DNA of 37,168 nt from assembly GCA_945788655.1 (NCBI GenBank), contig CALZMV010000001.1, forward strand, positions 1 to 37,168. Reading direction: 5' to 3'. Below are positions 15,296 through 25,455 of the stretch, one piece after another. Source of the DNA: an uncultured Clostridia bacterium. GTDB taxonomy: Bacteria; Bacillota; Clostridia; Peptostreptococcales; Anaerovoracaceae. The notes under the pieces are model-generated. The model was not told the DNA's origin. It did not search any database and saw nothing but the letters and a program-made list of their open reading frames with translations. Each line of letters starts with the position of its first letter. Position 1 is the stretch's first letter. The position numbers and the translations under genes are program-made.

Positions 15296-17237
15296 GCATT
15301 TCTATAATTTTCTCTTCATCAATAATTGGAATTCCAAGCTCTTTTGCTTTTTTGTTTTTGCCGCTTGTAGATGAAGTATCGTTGTTTATTAAAAAGCTTG
15401 TTTTGGAGCTCACGGAGCCGGATACTTTGCCTCCTGCAAGTTCGATTTTCTTTTTTAAGGCATCTCTGTTTTCGAAATTGTTAAGGCTTCCGGTTATTAC
15501 GAATATCTTACCACTCAGACTGTCTTTAACTTCTTCTTCATGTTCGTCTAAAACTAGAACCTGGAGCAAGTCTCTAACCATCTTTTGGTTATCCTCGTTG
15601 TTGAAGAACTTTACGAAGTTTTCTGCCATAACATCCCCAATTCCTTCAATAGTTGTCAGTTCTTCAAAGGTAAGACTCTGGATTTTTTCCCATTTATTTT
15701 TCGCAAATTTTGCAATAAGTCTGGCATTTGCCTTTCCGATTCCAGGAATGCCCAGGCTGTACAAAAGTCTTTCAGGTGTGGTGTTTTTTGCTTTTTCTGC
15801 TGACTCAATAAGGTTATCAAAGGACTTTTCACCGAATCCATCTAATTTTACAAAAGCTTCCTTATGATTTTCCAATGAGAACAAATCCGCAAGTTCCTTT
15901 ACCATTCCTTCTGAAACCAGCTTTTCTATAGTCATTTCAGAAAGGCCTTCGATATTCATTGCATCTCTGGAAACAAAAAGTGCCAGCCTTTTTATGTGTT
16001 TTGCAAGGCACTCTTCATTGGTGCAGAAGAGTGTCTGAACACCGTTTTCATCTTTGATTACAGTTTCTTTGCCGCATACAGGACATGTGCAAGGAATGGA
16101 AATATTGTTGCTCTTTGTGTGATTCTCAGCAATCTGTGGAATAATCATGTTGGCCTTATAAACAGATATTATATCCCCTATTCCAAGCTGAAGCTCTCTC
16201 ATTACACTGATATTGTGAACTGATGCCCTGCTTACAGTTGTTCCCTCAAGTTCCACAGGCTCGAATATTGCTACAGGATTTATTAACCCTGTTCTTGATG
16301 CACTCCACTCGATTTCCTTCAGTGTTGTCTCCTTTAGCTCATCCTTCCACTTAAAAGCAATTGCATCTCTTGGGAACTTTGAGGTTTTTCCTAAAGATTC
16401 TCCATAGGCTATGTCATTGTAAATCAGAACCAAGCCATCTGATGGGACCGGGTTTGATTCAATCTTCTCGCTGAAATCTTTAACGGCAGCCTTAATAGTA
16501 TCTCCTATAACAATCTGTCTGTATACCACTGCAAAACCCTGTTTTTCAAGCCAGTCCATCTGCTGCGTTCTCTTCTGAAACTCTATTCCCTCTGCTGATA
16601 CAAGTGTAAACCCATAAAACTTCACGTTTCTTTGAGCTGTTACTTCATTGTTAAGCTGTCTGACAGAGCCTGAACATAGATTCCTCGGATTCTTGTACTT
16701 GGCGGATTCTTCGTCGATAGTTTCGTTTATTTTTTCAAAATCCTCATAAGAAATAACCGCCTCTCCCCTTATAACCAGCCTGCCCTTAAAGTCGATATTC
16801 AACGGCAGATTTGTAAAAACTTTGGCGTTATTGGTTATTACTTCACCGACTTCACCGTTTCCTCTCGTAACAGCTTTTACCAGCTTACCTTCTTCATAGG
16901 TAAGTACAATTGTAAGGCCGTCCAGCTTCCACGATAACACTCCTTCATGATCATTAAGCCATGCCTTAAGCGCATCCACATCCTTTGTCTTGTCTAGCGA
17001 AAGCATTTTTGAAGGATGTGCCTCCTTTGGCAGATCAGAAAGCACCTCATAACCCACATTTATCGTAGGGCTGTTGGAAAAAACAGTACCTGTTTCCTTC
17101 TCGAGATTGCAAAGCTCATCGTACAGCTTGTCATACTCGATATTTGGCATTATTTCTCTGCTTTCCTGATAATAAGCAAGGGATGCCTCATTTAGAATTT
17201 CTATCAGTTCTTTTATTCTATCTATCTTATTATTCAT
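15285..17237 (-). CDS. ligA: NAD-dependent DNA ligase
   Basis: 650 aa with the adenylation motif KLDG (SWKLDGLTIV), a C4 zinc finger (CPVCGKE...CTNEEC), HhH repeats and a C-terminal BRCT domain. Its ATG overlaps the pcrA stop (ATGA). Confidence 0.97.
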   Translation of the reverse strand: MNNKIDRIKELIEILNEASLAYYQESREIMPNIEYDKLYDELCNLEKETGTVFSNSPTINVGYEVLSDLPKEAHPSKMLSLDKTKDVDALKAWLNDHEGVLSWKLDGLTIVLTYEEGKLVKAVTRGNGEVGEVITNNAKVFTNLPLNIDFKGRLVIRGEAVISYEDFEKINETIDEESAKYKNPRNLCSGSVRQLNNEVTAQRNVKFYGFTLVSAEGIEFQKRTQQMDWLEKQGFAVVYRQIVIGDTIKAAVKDFSEKIESNPVPSDGLVLIYNDIAYGESLGKTSKFPRDAIAFKWKDELKETTLKEIEWSASRTGLINPVAIFEPVELEGTTVSRASVHNISVMRELQLGIGDIISVYKANMIIPQIAENHTKSNNISIPCTCPVCGKETVIKDENGVQTLFCTNEECLAKHIKRLALFVSRDAMNIEGLSEMTIEKLVSEGMVKELADLFSLENHKEAFVKLDGFGEKSFDNLIESAEKAKNTTPERLLYSLGIPGIGKANARLIAKFAKNKWEKIQSLTFEELTTIEGIGDVMAENFVKFFNNEDNQKMVRDLLQVLVLDEHEEEVKDSLSGKIFVITGSLNNFENRDALKKKIELAGGKVSGSVSSKTSFLINNDTSSTSGKNKKAKELGIPIIDEEKIIEMLEM

Positions 17238-19474
17238 CAGTTATCACCTGTGTATTTTTTTAGAGGAGCAAAGCCCTTAGCCAACTTTTTACGGCCTACG
17301 CTGTCAAACATGACCGTGATGGTCTTTTCATCAGCTTCTATTACTATACCTTTTCCAAATTTGCCATGGGATATGACATCTCCGGAATCAAAATTATCGC
17401 TTTCTGAAGATGCGTTTTTCTTGGCTACATATTTGGCACTTTTCAGTGCATCATAAGGCTTAAATGCCGGCTGAGCAAATCCATCCAATGATCCTGTATC
17501 TATTCCAAGGCTGTTGTTTGTTTTGCGATTCGGAATATATACAGCATCTCCGTTTTCATCCAGAACCTTAGGATCCATTTCTCTCATAAATACCGACTCT
17601 CTGGTGTAATCTCCTTGTCCGTACATTACGCGATATGCAGCACTACTCATAAACAATCGTTCCTTGGCTCTCGTTATTCCTACATAGCAAAGCCTTCGTT
17701 CTTCTTCCAGCTTTTCTTCAGAGTCCATGGATCTGTGACTAGGAAATAATCCATCTTCCATTCCCGGCATGAATACGACAGGAAACTCCAGACCCTTTGC
17801 ACTATGCAATGTCATAAGTGTAACTTTACCTGACTCCTCGTCATATTTATCGGCATCTCCATTGGTAGCCACTCTCTCGAGAAACTCTTCCAGTGTAGCT
17901 TCTTCTCCCTGCTCCTGCTTTTCTTTTTCAAAATCGTAAATAAATGATTTAAAATCCAGAAGATTTTCAATTCTTCCCTCTGCTTCAACGGTGTTTTCAT
18001 CCTCAAGCGCCTTCATATACCCAGTTCTTACCATAAGGCTGTCATATATATCGGACAGCTTCATATTTTCCTTCTGGTCTCTGCAGGTCAGGATAACCTG
18101 TACCATGTTCCTGACAGCGTCTCTCGCCTTTGCAGGAAGCGAAGAAATAATTTCTTCATCCTCCAGTACTTCCAAAAGAGACTGCTCTCTTACCATAGCC
18201 AGGGTGCGAAGTTTTTCAATGGTCTTTGCTCCCATTCCTCGTTTAGGCTCGTTGATAACCCTAAGAAGTGCCATTTCGTCTTTAGGATTAACCACCAACC
18301 TCATGTATGAAATCATATCCTTTGTTTCTTTTCTCTCATAAAAGCTGAATCCGGAAAGAATCTGATGAGGTATGCCATTTTTTCTCAATATGTCTTCAAA
18401 AAGGCGCGATTGGGCGTTAGTCCTATAAAGGATTGCAAAATCGTCGTATTTTCTGAAAGGGCCTTTCAAAAGCTGAATTTCTCTGGCAATATATCTTGCT
18501 TCTTCCTTATCGTTGTCAAGTCTTGCATATACAATTTTGTGTCCTGATTCCTCTTCAGTCCAGAGCTTCTTTGGCTTTCTTCCTTTGTTGTTTTTTATTA
18601 CAGAATGAGCCGCTTCTAAAATATTGCCACAGGAGCGATAGTTCTGTTCAAGCTTTATTACCTTTGCCTGTGGGAAATCCTTTTCAAAATCGAGAATATT
18701 CCTGATATCTGCGCCTCTCCACTCGTATATGCATTGATCATCATCACCGACAACACATAAATTTTTATGTACATCAGCCAGGAGCTTAATAATCTGATAT
18801 TGAATATGGTTTGTATCCTGGTATTCGTCTACCATAATATACGAGAACACTCGCTGATATTCCCTTAAGATATCCTCGTTGTCTCTGAGAACATGAAGGG
18901 CATACCTTAAAAGATCATCAAAATCCATGGCATTATTCTTTTTTAACCTTGCCTGATATTCCTTGTATACGTTGTAAATTACCTTGGTCTTAGGAGTCAT
19001 TCCTTCAATTTCAATGAATTCTTCAGGGCCTAAATCGTTCTCCTTTGAGTTAGATACAATCGCCATTATATATGGTATAGGATACTCCTTTGTATCGATG
19101 TTGAAGTCCTTTAATATAGCCTTGTAAAGTGCCTTCTGATCCACAGTGTCGTACACTACAAAATTTCTTTCATAGCCTATTTCGCGGCAATGCTCCCTTA
19201 AAATTCGAAGGCTCATAGAGTGAAAAGTAAGAATCCACATTCCCGGAACTGTTCCAACAAGTTTTTCAACTCTTTCTCTCATTTCTTTGGCTGCTTTATT
19301 AGTAAAAGTAACAGCAAGTATCTTATACGGACTTACTCCCTGCTCAATCAGATATGCAATTCTGTGAGTCATTGTAGCCGTCTTGCCGCTTCCTGCTCCT
19401 GCGAGAATCAAAAGCGGACCCTCTATGTGCATGGCTGCTTCTTTTTGCTGCTGGTTTAAATGTTCTAAATTCAT
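17237..19474 (-). CDS. pcrA: ATP-dependent DNA helicase PcrA (UvrD family)
   Basis: 745 aa with helicase motifs AGAGSGKT, DEYQDTN, VGDDDQCIYEWRGA and TLHSAKGLEFPVVF. The pcrA-ligA pairing is conserved. Confidence 0.95.
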   Translation of the reverse strand: MNLEHLNQQQKEAAMHIEGPLLILAGAGSGKTATMTHRIAYLIEQGVSPYKILAVTFTNKAAKEMRERVEKLVGTVPGMWILTFHSMSLRILREHCREIGYERNFVVYDTVDQKALYKAILKDFNIDTKEYPIPYIMAIVSNSKENDLGPEEFIEIEGMTPKTKVIYNVYKEYQARLKKNNAMDFDDLLRYALHVLRDNEDILREYQRVFSYIMVDEYQDTNHIQYQIIKLLADVHKNLCVVGDDDQCIYEWRGADIRNILDFEKDFPQAKVIKLEQNYRSCGNILEAAHSVIKNNKGRKPKKLWTEEESGHKIVYARLDNDKEEARYIAREIQLLKGPFRKYDDFAILYRTNAQSRLFEDILRKNGIPHQILSGFSFYERKETKDMISYMRLVVNPKDEMALLRVINEPKRGMGAKTIEKLRTLAMVREQSLLEVLEDEEIISSLPAKARDAVRNMVQVILTCRDQKENMKLSDIYDSLMVRTGYMKALEDENTVEAEGRIENLLDFKSFIYDFEKEKQEQGEEATLEEFLERVATNGDADKYDEESGKVTLMTLHSAKGLEFPVVFMPGMEDGLFPSHRSMDSEEKLEEERRLCYVGITRAKERLFMSSAAYRVMYGQGDYTRESVFMREMDPKVLDENGDAVYIPNRKTNNSLGIDTGSLDGFAQPAFKPYDALKSAKYVAKKNASSESDNFDSGDVISHGKFGKGIVIEADEKTITVMFDSVGRKKLAKGFAPLKKYTGDN

Positions 19475-19510
19475 AACACCTGTTTATTCCTTTTTCATTT
19501 TTGCCTGTCT

Positions 19511-19519
19511 ATTATATCA
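19511..19519 (-). promoter_or_regulatory. Extended -10 promoter candidate for pcrA-ligA
   Basis: Minus-strand TGaTATAAT lies about 37 nt upstream of ATG 19474. There is no convincing -35. Confidence 0.35.
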
Positions 19520-19573
19520 TTACTCCCTGCGATTTTCCATACAAACTGAAGAAGAGCGCTGCTTTTGTCACGA

Positions 19574-20194
19574 TTATGTGTTTTTCATGATTATTTGTTC
19601 TATCATATTTGCCGCATGATCGCAAAGGTCGCAGCAATCTTCTAAACTGTCATAGATAGCCTTGTGACCAATTAGAATCTTGGCATCAGTTTCATCCTGA
19701 AAGAGTTTGTATACCACTTCCGCATATTTTGCATCTGCTTCTTCTTCAATCTGTGTTATACTATCGAGGATATCCCTAAGCTTCTCAGGCTTTTTAAAAT
19801 CTCTCAGTCGTGATACCGCCTCATATAGAGCATTTACACACTTATCTATAATTTTAGCCAGTTCTTCCACGCCCTTTGGTGCAACATTTACATGATACAT
19901 ATAGAACTCCTGCACCGCTTCATCTAATGAATCAGAAATGTCTTCTATAATCTGCGAAAGCCGTAGAATATCCTCCTGATCGATGGGTGTGATGAATTCA
20001 GCTGTAAGTTTGAGAATAATGCTGCGGTGCAATTGATCTGCTGCGTGCTCTATCTCATGCATTCTTTCACATTTAAAAGCTAGATTGAATGGTGAATAAT
20101 TTTCAACCATATCTACAATAAGCTTTGATGCCTTTACACAGTATCCTGCCTGCTCCTCCACAAGCTTAAAATAATCATTCTTTATTTTCGCCAT
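19574..20194 (-). CDS. DUF47-family (PhoU-like) protein associated with the phosphate transporter
   Basis: 206 aa, all-helical: MAKIKNDYFKLVEEQAGYCVKAS...HEIEHAADQL...DILRLSQIIEDISDSLDEA.... It lies 12 nt downstream of pit with an AAAGGAG RBS. Confidence 0.85.
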   Translation of the reverse strand: MAKIKNDYFKLVEEQAGYCVKASKLIVDMVENYSPFNLAFKCERMHEIEHAADQLHRSIILKLTAEFITPIDQEDILRLSQIIEDISDSLDEAVQEFYMYHVNVAPKGVEELAKIIDKCVNALYEAVSRLRDFKKPEKLRDILDSITQIEEEADAKYAEVVYKLFQDETDAKILIGHKAIYDSLEDCCDLCDHAANMIEQIIMKNT

Positions 20195-20206
20195 TTTGAT
20201 ACTCCT

Positions 20207-21256
20207 TTACGCGAACAACATTAAAAACAGTTTGGCCATGCCGTAGCCTAAAATTCCACATCCCGGGAATGTAAATATCCATGTCAGCACTAATTCCTTT
20301 ACAATGGACCAGTTGACGTTGCTCAGCCTTCTCGCAGCACCTACCCCCATAATTGAAGTGGTCTTTGTATGTGTTGTGCTTACAGGGATTCCCGTTAGTG
20401 AAGACAAAAGCAGGCAGCAGGTTGCTGAAAAGTCCGCTGCAAAGCCTTGGTATGGCTTCAGTTTTACCATATCCATTCCAACGGATTTTATAATTCTGTA
20501 TCCTCCTATGGACGTGCCAAGACCCATAACTACCGAACAAAGCACCATGAGCCATATGGGTACCACGAAGCTTGTTGCATTGCTCTGTCCATTGGCAAAT
20601 GCTGCCCCAAGCAAAAATATTGCCATAAACTTCTGGCCGTCCTGGGCTCCGTGCATAAATGCCATTGCAGCTCCTCCGAAAATTTGTGCGCCTGAAAATA
20701 ATCTTTCCGTTCTGACTCTATTTTTATTCCTGAAAATTAATACTGTTATTTTTGCTGAAATATATCCTAAAAAAAAGCCGAGCAATGTCGATAATATGAT
20801 GCCATATATTACTTTCATCCATTCTTCGGGATTTATGCCTTGAAAGCTGTTCTGTATTGCTACAGCTGCCCCGGATATTCCTGCTATCAATGCATGGCTT
20901 TCACTGGTGGGGATTCCGAAATACCAGGCGGCAGTTGCCCATATTACTATAGCTGCCATGGCTGCGCACAATGCTATCAGTGATTTTTCTGCATCACCCC
21001 CGAAATCCACCATGTTGTATATAGTCATAGCTACTGATGCATTTATGACAGTCATGACAAATACTCCAAAGAAGTTTAATACTGCAGCCATTATAATTGC
21101 TTTACGTACACCAATTGCTCTTGTAGACACACATGTTGCAATGGCGTTTGGTGCGTCAGTCCAACCGTTTACCAATATCACACCCAAAGTTAGTATTGTC
21201 GAAATCATCAACATGGCATTCCCCTGCAGCTGCCCCATGAAATCTGCTATCGTCAT
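20207..21256 (-). CDS. pit: Inorganic phosphate transporter, PiT family
   Basis: I place the start at ATG 21256, with 7-nt spacing from GGAGG. The track ORF begins one codon earlier at TTG. The sequence ...LVNGWTDAPNAIATCVSTRAI... and ...GIPVSTTHTKTTSIMGVGAA... show the duplicated PiT signature. Confidence 0.9.
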   Translation of the reverse strand: MTIADFMGQLQGNAMLMISTILTLGVILVNGWTDAPNAIATCVSTRAIGVRKAIIMAAVLNFFGVFVMTVINASVAMTIYNMVDFGGDAEKSLIALCAAMAAIVIWATAAWYFGIPTSESHALIAGISGAAVAIQNSFQGINPEEWMKVIYGIILSTLLGFFLGYISAKITVLIFRNKNRVRTERLFSGAQIFGGAAMAFMHGAQDGQKFMAIFLLGAAFANGQSNATSFVVPIWLMVLCSVVMGLGTSIGGYRIIKSVGMDMVKLKPYQGFAADFSATCCLLLSSLTGIPVSTTHTKTTSIMGVGAARRLSNVNWSIVKELVLTWIFTFPGCGILGYGMAKLFLMLFA

Positions 21257-21290
21257 CAATACCCCTCCTCGCAGAATTCTATTATTACTT

Positions 21291-21299
21291 ATTATATCA
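21291..21299 (-). promoter_or_regulatory. Extended -10 promoter candidate for pit and the DUF47 gene
   Basis: Minus-strand TGaTATAAT lies about 35 nt upstream of the pit start. The -35 is weak. Confidence 0.45.
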
Positions 21300-21347
21300 A
21301 TTTTCTTATAAAGAATTTGTTCATATATTATTATGGCAAAAAATGCA

Positions 21348-21376
21348 GCAAAAAACCCCGCTGATTTCAGCGGGGC
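21348..21376 (-). terminator. Intrinsic terminator ending the ribosomal alpha operon
   Basis: Minus-strand CCCCGCUG-aaau-CAGCGGGG forms an 8-bp GC-rich stem followed by UUUUUUGCUGCAUUUUUU. It lies 28 nt after the rplQ stop. Confidence 0.88.
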
Positions 21377-21403
21377 TTGCAGTTTGTTGATATATTGTGT
21401 GAA

Positions 21404-21745
21404 TTATACTAATTCTAAGAAAACAACTTCTGCGTTGTCGCCCTTTCTAGGTCCTAACTTTAGAATTCTTGTATATCCACCATTTCTTTCAGCATACTTA
21501 GGTGCGATTTCTTCGAACAGCTTTGTAACTACGTCTTCATCGAAAACATAAGCTAAAACCTGTCTTCTTGCGTGAAGATCACCGCGCTTTGCCAAAGTGA
21601 TTAATTTTTCTGCTTCTCTTCTGGCTTCCTTTGCTCTGCAGTCAGTTGTCTGAATTCTGCCTTCTCTGAATAAATCAGTTACAAGGTTTCTTAACATTGA
21701 CTTTCTGTGAGCAGAAGGTCTACCAAGTTTTCTGTATCCTGGCAT
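21404..21745 (-). CDS. rplQ: 50S ribosomal protein L17
   Basis: 113 aa: [25 protein letters not shown].... It is the last gene of the alpha operon. Confidence 0.97.
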   Translation of the reverse strand: MPGYRKLGRPSAHRKSMLRNLVTDLFREGRIQTTDCRAKEARREAEKLITLAKRGDLHARRQVLAYVFDEDVVTKLFEEIAPKYAERNGGYTRILKLGPRKGDNAEVVFLELV

Positions 21746-21770
21746 TTATAGATTCTCCTTTCCTAGCGAA

Positions 21771-22715
21771 TTAATCGTCGCTTGGTCTAAGACCAAGACC
21801 TAATTCTTCCAATTTAGCTTTTACTTCATCAAGAGATTTCTTTCCAAGGTTTCTAACCTTCATCATGTCATCTTCTGATTTCTGAGTAAGTTCTTCTACT
21901 GTGTTGATAGCTGCTCTCTTCAGGCAGTTGAAAGAACGAACTGAAAGCTCAAGTTCTTCAATAGTCATTTCAAGAGCCTTTTCCTTCTGGTCTTCTTCCT
22001 TCTCAACCATGATTTCCATGGAGCCGGTAGCATCAGTGAGCTGGATAAACAGGTTAAGGTGTTCCTGCATAATCTTAGCTCCGATGGACACGCCTTCGTC
22101 AGGAGTAATTGATCCGTCAGTCCAGATTTCAAGTACAAGTCTATCGTAGTCAGTAACCTGACCTACTCTGGTATTTTCTACTGTAAAATTAACCTTTCTT
22201 ACAGGGGTGTAAATTGAGTCAACAGGAATAACTGAAATCGGTGTGCTTTCAGTCTTGTTCATCTCTGCCGGCACATAACCTCTGCCTCTTGCAAGATTGA
22301 TTTCCATAACAAGAGTTGCGTTCTCTTCGAGAGTTGCGATGTGAAGATCAGGGTTGAAGATCTCCATGTCTGAGTCGCCGATAATATCAGCCGCAGTTAC
22401 TTCCTTAGGACCTACTGCATTGATGATAACTCTCTTTGTGTTTTCGCCGTTTAATCTAACAGCAAGTTTCTTTAAGTTTAAGATGATTTCCGTAACATCT
22501 TCTTTGACGCCCGGTATAGTTGAAAACTCGTGAAGTACTCCGTCGATTTTTACTGATGTGACTGCTGCGCCCGGAAGTGAACTTAAAAGAATTCTTCTAA
22601 GTGCATTTCCCAGTGTTGTGCCATAGCCTCTTTCCAAAGGCTCTACTACGAATTTGCCGTAGTTTCCATCTTCATCAATATACTTATTGATTGTTGGTTT
22701 TTCGATTTCTATCAC
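21771..22715 (-). CDS. rpoA: DNA-directed RNA polymerase subunit alpha
   Basis: 314 aa: ...[30 protein letters not shown].... The C-terminal domain reads ...[25 protein letters not shown].... Confidence 0.97.
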   Translation of the reverse strand: MIEIEKPTINKYIDEDGNYGKFVVEPLERGYGTTLGNALRRILLSSLPGAAVTSVKIDGVLHEFSTIPGVKEDVTEIILNLKKLAVRLNGENTKRVIINAVGPKEVTAADIIGDSDMEIFNPDLHIATLEENATLVMEINLARGRGYVPAEMNKTESTPISVIPVDSIYTPVRKVNFTVENTRVGQVTDYDRLVLEIWTDGSITPDEGVSIGAKIMQEHLNLFIQLTDATGSMEIMVEKEEDQKEKALEMTIEELELSVRSFNCLKRAAINTVEELTQKSEDDMMKVRNLGKKSLDEVKAKLEELGLGLRPSDD

Positions 22716-22769
22716 TCAAAAACCCTCCCTTTCATTCCAAGTTTCGCATTAACTTTCTATGCTACGCTA

Positions 22770-23390
22770 CTATTTGGAATATAACTCGACGATTAAGTGC
22801 TCTGCAATTGGAGTATCGATATCTTCTCTTCTTGGCATAGCAACAACTTTACCTTCCAGCTTGTCAACGTCAACGCTCATCCATCCAGGAACAGTGATTG
22901 ACATTTCTCTGATTTCCTTGAATTTAGGTGACTTCTGGCTCTTTTCCTTTACTGCGATAACGTCTCCGGCCTTAACTTCCATTGAAGGAATGTCTGCCTT
23001 CTTGCCGTTTACAGTGAAGTGTCCATGAGTAACAAGCTGACGAGCTTCTTTTCTTGATGCAGCAAAGCCAAGTCTGAATACTACATTGTCCAGTCTTGTT
23101 TCAAGTAAGATAAGAAGGTTTTCACCAGTCTTACCAGGCTTCTTTGCAGCCTTGTCGAATAAGTTTCTGAACTGAGTTTCCTGCATTCCGTAGAATCTCT
23201 TTGCTTTCTGCTTTTCTCTTAACTGATTGCCGTAGTCTGACTGTTTCTTTCTAGCCTGACCGTGCTGTCCAGGAGCGTAATTTCTTCTTTCAATAGCACA
23301 TTTGCTGCTGTAGCATCTTTCGCCCTTTAAGAAAAGCTTCTGACCTTCTCTTCTGCATAATTTGCAGTTTGCATCTGTATATCTTGACAT
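22770..23390 (-). CDS. rpsD: 30S ribosomal protein S4 (Cys4 zinc-ribbon form)
   Basis: 206 aa: [36 protein letters not shown].... It lies inside the alpha operon. Confidence 0.97.
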   Translation of the reverse strand: MSRYTDANCKLCRREGQKLFLKGERCYSSKCAIERRNYAPGQHGQARKKQSDYGNQLREKQKAKRFYGMQETQFRNLFDKAAKKPGKTGENLLILLETRLDNVVFRLGFAASRKEARQLVTHGHFTVNGKKADIPSMEVKAGDVIAVKEKSQKSPKFKEIREMSITVPGWMSVDVDKLEGKVVAMPRREDIDTPIAEHLIVELYSK

Positions 23391-23409
23391 TTAAATTACT
23401 CCTCCTTTC

Positions 23410-23808
23410 CTAGACTCTTCTTCTCTTTGGCGGTCTGCAGCCGTTATGAGGGATTGGTGTGATATCTCTGATCATAGTGATTTCAAGTCCTGCAGTCTGA
23501 AGTGCTCTGATAGCAGCTTCTCTGCCGGAGCCAGGTCCCTTTACATAAACTTCTACAGTCTTAAGACCATGTTCCATTGCACCCTTAGCTGCTTCTTCAG
23601 CTGCCATCTGAGCTGCGAATGGAGTTGATTTTCTTGAACCCTTGAATCCAAGGGAACCTGCGGATGACCATGAAAGTGCATTTCCGCTCATATCTGTCAG
23701 AGTAACTAAAGTATTGTTAAAGGTGGACTGGATATGTGCCTGGCCTTTTTCAATATTCTTACGTTCTCTCTTCTTTTTTCTAACTGTTTTCTTTACAGTC
23801 TTAGCCAT
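23410..23808 (-). CDS. rpsK: 30S ribosomal protein S11
   Basis: 132 aa: ...[46 protein letters not shown].... Confidence 0.97.
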   Translation of the reverse strand: MAKTVKKTVRKKKRERKNIEKGQAHIQSTFNNTLVTLTDMSGNALSWSSAGSLGFKGSRKSTPFAAQMAAEEAAKGAMEHGLKTVEVYVKGPGSGREAAIRALQTAGLEITMIRDITPIPHNGCRPPKRRRV

Positions 23809-23823
23809 TACGTCCTACCTCCT

Positions 23824-24201
23824 TTACTTACCTGCTTTTTTCTTTCTGCCAACGGTCTTCTTCGGACCCTTGCGAGTTCTTGCATTTGTCTTAGTTTTCT
23901 GACCTCTTACAGGGAGACCTCTTCTGTGTCTGATTCCTCTGTATGAACCGATTTCCATAAGTCTCTTAATATTTAAGGAAACCTCTCTTCTCAGATCACC
24001 TTCTACGAGGTAGTCTTCGTCAATGATTTTTCTGATTTTACCAGCTTCATCTTCAGTCAGGTCCTTAACTCTTGTGTCAGGGTTAATGCCAGCCTTCTCT
24101 AAAATAGCTAATGAAGTTGGTCTGCCGATACCATAGATGTAGGTTAAACCGATTTCTACTCTTTTTTCTCTTGGTAAGTCAACACCGGCTATACGAGCCA
24201 T
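23824..24201 (-). CDS. rpsM: 30S ribosomal protein S13
   Basis: 125 aa: [30 protein letters not shown].... Confidence 0.97.
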   Translation of the reverse strand: MARIAGVDLPREKRVEIGLTYIYGIGRPTSLAILEKAGINPDTRVKDLTEDEAGKIRKIIDEDYLVEGDLRREVSLNIKRLMEIGSYRGIRHRRGLPVRGQKTKTNARTRKGPKKTVGRKKKAGK

Positions 24202-24337
24202 ATTTTTCTCCTTCCCCCATCTTCCGTCGCCTTTCCGGGAGCGATATAGACGGGATCACTTTATAATTAATTTGAAACAGCTTTTGAAGCGAGGGACCCG
24301 GTATTCCTCTCGCAAGCTGCATTATTGATTTAATAAA
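24202..24337 (-). promoter_or_regulatory. Structured 136-nt rpmJ-rpsM intergenic leader (candidate ribosomal-protein autoregulatory RNA)
   Basis: There are two stable hairpins on the minus-strand RNA. The first is 24319-24278 (CAGCUUGCGAGAGG...CCCUCGC..AAGCUG). The second is 24254-24224 (CCGUC..CGC-UCCCGGAAAG-GCG.ACGG), which ends just upstream of the AAGGAG RBS. The loops carry complementary CCGGG and CCCGG. Confidence 0.35.
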
Positions 24338-24687
<350 letters not shown>

Positions 24688-24707
24688 AAATACATCTCCT
24701 TTTCACA

Positions 24708-25454
24708 TTACAAGGTAAGCAGCTCAGGCTCACCATCGGTTATTAGAACAGTATTTTCATAATGCGCAGACAAGCCGCCGTCTACAGTAACTGCGGTCCA
24801 GTCATCAAGAAGAACGTCCACTTCATAATCACCTTCTGTGATCATTGGCTCTATTGCCAGCGTCATTCCCTCCTGAATTCTAGGTCCCCTTCCGGGTCTG
24901 CCGTAATTTGGAATCTGCGGATCCTCGTGCATATCGTTTCCAATGCCGTGACCCACAAAGTCTCTTATAACTCCAAATCCTTCACCTTCAACTGTAGTCT
25001 GTATAGCATTTGAAATGTCAGAAATTCTATAGCCAACCTTCGCAAATTCAATTCCTTTGAAGAAGGCTTTTTCTGCAGTTTCTATTAAATGCTTCGCTTT
25101 ATCGCTTATCTTACCTACGGCATAGGTTCTGGCTGCATCAGCCATATAACCCTGATTGTCGACAACAAGGTCAATGCTGACTATGTCTCCTTCCACAAGG
25201 ATTCTATCCTTTGTGGGAATGCCATGAACCACCTCATCGTTTACAGAAACGCACACGCTTGCGGGATATCCGCAGTAGCCTTTTTCTGCAGCTATCATTC
25301 CGAAATCCTTAACTCTTCTCTCAACAAAGCTGTCAATATCCAGCGTGGATATTCCTGGCTTTATCACATCGTTAAGTTCTCTTAAAATGAGACTTGTAAC
25401 CTTACCGGCTTCGCGCATCAACTCAATTTCCTGTCTTGATTTGATGATGATCAT
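24708..25454 (-). CDS. map: Methionine aminopeptidase, type I
   Basis: I place the start at ATG 25454 (MIIIKSRQEIELMREAG...), with an AGGTGA RBS 5 nt upstream. The track ORF begins 3 codons earlier at a GTG inside the adk stop region. Metal ligands appear in ...VVHGIP..., ...DIVSIDL..., ...GHGIG..., ...LAIEP.... Confidence 0.93.
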   Translation of the reverse strand: MIIIKSRQEIELMREAGKVTSLILRELNDVIKPGISTLDIDSFVERRVKDFGMIAAEKGYCGYPASVCVSVNDEVVHGIPTKDRILVEGDIVSIDLVVDNQGYMADAARTYAVGKISDKAKHLIETAEKAFFKGIEFAKVGYRISDISNAIQTTVEGEGFGVIRDFVGHGIGNDMHEDPQIPNYGRPGRGPRIQEGMTLAIEPMITEGDYEVDVLLDDWTAVTVDGGLSAHYENTVLITDGEPELLTL

Positions 25455-25455
25455 A

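Noticed and set aside
13537-19619. Antisense ORFs inside dnaX, ligA and pcrA (for example 14521-14955 at 144 aa, 15352-15867 at 171 aa, 17991-18341 at 116 aa).
   Set aside because: Same reasoning as above. They have Ser/Leu/Phe-rich shadow-frame composition and no translation signals.
20175-20555. 126-aa minus-strand ORF overlapping the 3' part of pit and the start of the DUF47 gene in another frame.
   Set aside because: It lies wholly inside well-supported genes, has no RBS, and has a Cys/His/Arg-rich junk-like composition.
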